Positions 32,986-34,967 of a stretch of DNA of 34,967 nucleotides are shown here, piece by piece. Every line of letters starts with the position of its first letter. Within the stretch, counting starts at the first letter, position 1. A model generated the notes under the pieces. That model was not told the origin of the DNA and did not search any database. It was given only the letters and a program-made list of their open reading frames with translations. The translations under genes and the position numbers were made by a program. This DNA comes from an uncultured Iamiaceae bacterium (lineage in GTDB: Bacteria > Actinomycetota > Acidimicrobiia > Acidimicrobiales > DATDAH01), in the NCBI GenBank assembly GCA_964438115.1, contig CAYTJS010000002.1, positions 1 through 34,967 on the forward strand, read 5' to 3'.

Positions 32986-33840
32986 ATGACGGCCGTCTCC
33001 GCCCGGATCAGCGTTCATGGGCAGGACGGCGTCGAGTTGGTCGGCGATCGACGGGGAGACCAGTCCGGCCCAGCCGTGCTGCTCCTCCACGGCGCCGGAC
33101 AGACGCGGCACGCCTGGCGCCGCACGACCGACCGCCTCGCCACCGCTGGGTTCTGCACCCTCGCCCTCGATCTGCGCGGCCACGGTGACAGCGACTGGGC
33201 CCTCGACGGCGACTACCGCCGCCAGGCGTTCGCCGACGACCTCGTCGAGGTCCACCGACAGCTCGGTCCGTTCGACGCGATCGTCGGTGCATCGCTCGGA
33301 GGGCTCAGCGCCCTGCTGGCGCACGACCAGCAACCCGGCGGCATCACGGCCAAGCTCGTGCTCGTCGACGTCGCGCCGAGGATCGAAGCCACGGGAGCTG
33401 ACCGGGTCCTCGCGTTCATGGCCGCGCGCCCCGAGGGGTTCGAGACTCTCGAGGAAGCCGCCGAGGCGGTGGCTCGCTACAACCCTCACCGGCCACCGCC
33501 TCGTGATCTCGAGGGCCTGCGCCGCAACCTCCGACAGGGTGCGGACGGCCGCCATCGGTGGCACTGGGACCCTCGCCTGATCGACGGACCGACGAGCCTC
33601 ACCACCGCACGGGACCCTGATGCCCTGCACCGCGCCGCCAGCCGGCTCACCGTCCCCTGCCTGTTGGTGCGGGGCCGCAACAGCGACCTGCTGACGGAGG
33701 ACGGCGTGCGGGAGTTCCTGGCCGCCGCCCCCCACGCCGCCTACGTGGACATCGCCGGCGCCGGCCACATGGTCGCGGGGGACACCAACGATCCGTTCAT
33801 CGACGCCATCGTCGACTTCCTCTCGTCCAACGATCGGTAG
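32986..33840 (+). CDS. Alpha/beta-fold hydrolase
   Basis: Lies within ORF 32884..33840, ATG at 32986. Motifs: LLLHGAGQTRHAW, nucleophile elbow GASLGG, C-terminal GAGHMV. Confidence 0.82.
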   Translation: MTAVSARISVHGQDGVELVGDRRGDQSGPAVLLLHGAGQTRHAWRRTTDRLATAGFCTLALDLRGHGDSDWALDGDYRRQAFADDLVEVHRQLGPFDAIVGASLGGLSALLAHDQQPGGITAKLVLVDVAPRIEATGADRVLAFMAARPEGFETLEEAAEAVARYNPHRPPPRDLEGLRRNLRQGADGRHRWHWDPRLIDGPTSLTTARDPDALHRAASRLTVPCLLVRGRNSDLLTEDGVREFLAAAPHAAYVDIAGAGHMVAGDTNDPFIDAIVDFLSSNDR

Positions 33841-34083
33841 CGACTCCGGGACCCGACCCGCAGACCGGGTCGACGGGGTTCAGGTCTGCGGGCGAGGAGC
33901 CGACGGACGTTGCCCCCCATCACCAGGTCGCGATCGGCCTCGGTCGAACCAGCCAGCAGCTCATTTCGGCAGCGAGGACCCCGATGCCGAGTTCCTCGGG
34001 GAGCTCGGCTTCGACGGGGTGAAGTCCGAGACCGAGCTCATGCGGCTCCTGTGGAAGGCGGCGTTCTCGCCGCGGTTCCACTG

Positions 34084-34578
34084 ATGTTCCTCATGGCAAG
34101 ACTCAAGTCGAACGTCGTGACGCCATCGTGGGGTCGCCGGGCCGTGGGGATCGGGTGGATGGCCGTCATCGTGAGCTTGCTCGCGGTGGTGCCGGTCATC
34201 GCGTGGCTCGCCGTCGTGTTCGGCGTCGGGGTCGGGGGCTACCAGCTCTCGAGCCTGCTGCAGTTCACGGGTGAGCACCGCTGCCTGGCAGAGGCCCCGC
34301 CCGGTGTCCGCCGGTCCGTGGCCTTGTCCCACGGTCGCTTCTGCAGCGAGGCGCCGCCCGCCAAGGGTGGCCTCTGGCCGTGGACGCGGTGGACGGTGCG
34401 GATGCTGAGTTGGCAGCGAGCCAACTACGTCCGCAGCGAACTCATCGCGAGCGGCAAGGACAAGGGCATGGTTGGGACCGGTGTGGTGTCGTCTGACCCG
34501 CGACTCCATTGGCTCACTGCCTTCAATAGGACTTGTCGACGACGCCCACCGGACCCGATCGGTCCCGGAGCACGCTGA
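34084..34578 (+). CDS. Hypothetical membrane protein (orphan)
   Basis: Lies within ORF 33910..34578, with ATGs at 34084 and 34093. The hydrophobic stretch is GIGWMAVIVSLLAVVPVIAWLAVVFGVGVGG. GC3 is high in the first ~130 codons and lower near the end. I recognise no family. Confidence 0.3.
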   Translation: MFLMARLKSNVVTPSWGRRAVGIGWMAVIVSLLAVVPVIAWLAVVFGVGVGGYQLSSLLQFTGEHRCLAEAPPGVRRSVALSHGRFCSEAPPAKGGLWPWTRWTVRMLSWQRANYVRSELIASGKDKGMVGTGVVSSDPRLHWLTAFNRTCRRRPPDPIGPGAR

Positions 34579-34698
34579 CCTGATCAGGAGCTTGACCGTC
34601 CCCGCATCACGGCTGCGAGGGCGTGTCCCATCACAGATCTGCCGCAGCCCCGAGATCGACCGGACCCGCAACGCCACCCGATCAAGGAGAGCAGCGTC

Positions 34699-34967
34699 AT
34701 GTCCACCCTCGCGGACAGCGTCGATGTCGTCATCGGTGTCGACCCGCACAAGCACACCCACACCGCCGCGGTCATCGCCGCCGCCACTGGCAACCACCAC
34801 GGAAGCCGCACCATCAGCGCCGATCCCACCGGGTTCACCGAGATGCTCGCCTTCGCCGGCGACCACGAGGGCAGCCGCTGCTGGGTCATCGAGGGCACCC
34901 AGCCGCAACGACGTGCCGGCCAACTCGGTGCGCAGTACGGCCTTGGCCTTGCGCATCCGACCCTTCA
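34699..34967 (+). mobile_element. IS110-family transposase gene, 5' portion (runs off window; possibly disrupted after ~34896)
   Basis: This ORF is not in the ORF track because it is open to the window end. The ATG at 34699 is 9 nt after AAGGAG. The product MSTLADSVDVVIGVDPHKHTHTAAVI...FAGDHEGSRCWVIEG matches the DEDD N-terminus typical of IS110-family transposases. The sequence after VIEG no longer looks family-typical in this frame. Confidence 0.55.

Noticed and set aside
33868-34084. Coding-like plus-strand stretch ending ...FDGVKSETELMRLLWKAAFSPRFH.
   Set aside because: There is no start codon or SD and I recognise no family. It is mentioned only as a possible relic in the boundary finding and is not annotated as a gene.
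33961-34956. 331-aa minus-strand ORF covering the right end of the window.
   Set aside because: It is antisense to both the hydrophobic plus-strand ORF and the IS110 transposase N-terminus. The translation is low-complexity, with no recognisable domain.
1-34967. Searched by eye for CRISPR arrays, tRNA/rRNA genes, riboswitch-like leaders, toxin-antitoxin pairs and defence-system genes.
   Set aside because: I saw no regularly spaced direct repeats, no cloverleaf-compatible AT-richer islands, no long untranslated leaders and no nuclease, ATPase or methylase-type ORFs. Every sizeable ORF with motifs is metabolic, transport-related or IS-related.

Overview
High-GC (about 70% by eye) actinobacterial-type chromosomal segment. 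It is densely coding, and many stop/start codons overlap (ATGA/GTGA), which implies operons. I saw no rRNA, tRNA or CRISPR array.

The window is dominated by a CoA-dependent catabolic island for a bulky or branched hydrophobic substrate. Its parts are:
- two paralogous cytochrome P450s, each divergently paired with an acyl-CoA dehydrogenase (ACAD), plus a third ACAD
- a type I Baeyer-Villiger monooxygenase (BVMO) translationally coupled to an ACAD
- an MFE-2-type hydroxyacyl-CoA dehydrogenase and a separately encoded hydratase-2 (MaoC)
- a Zn alcohol dehydrogenase and two acyl-CoA synthetases
- a nitronate-monooxygenase-family flavoenzyme and a carboxymuconolactone decarboxylase (CMD)-family protein
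- three split thiolase-like/DUF35 pairs plus one fused thiolase-like/beta-barrel protein resembling thiolase-like protein type 1 (TLP1)
- alpha/beta hydrolases
- an embedded Liv-type ABC importer with a fused LivH-LivM permease, a small 2-TM ORF, LivG, LivF and a lipoprotein binding protein.

A block of about 2.7 kb in the middle (14.6-17.2 kb) is decayed. It holds a flavin monooxygenase relic with two deletions, an N-truncated and frameshifted amidohydrolase, and a TetR gene with an in-frame TAG.

The left edge carries a LigB-type dioxygenase/carboxylesterase pair. The right edge carries an orphan membrane ORF and the 5' part of an IS110-family transposase.

I found no defence-type or otherwise radically new system. 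The most interesting items are:
- the hydratase + TLP1-like pairing
- the absence of a nucleophilic Cys in all four thiolase-fold proteins
- the ACAD-BVMO coupling
- a shared bipartite promoter-like motif
- the decay island, which includes the only regulator in the window.

All family calls rest on motifs read by eye. No database search was possible.
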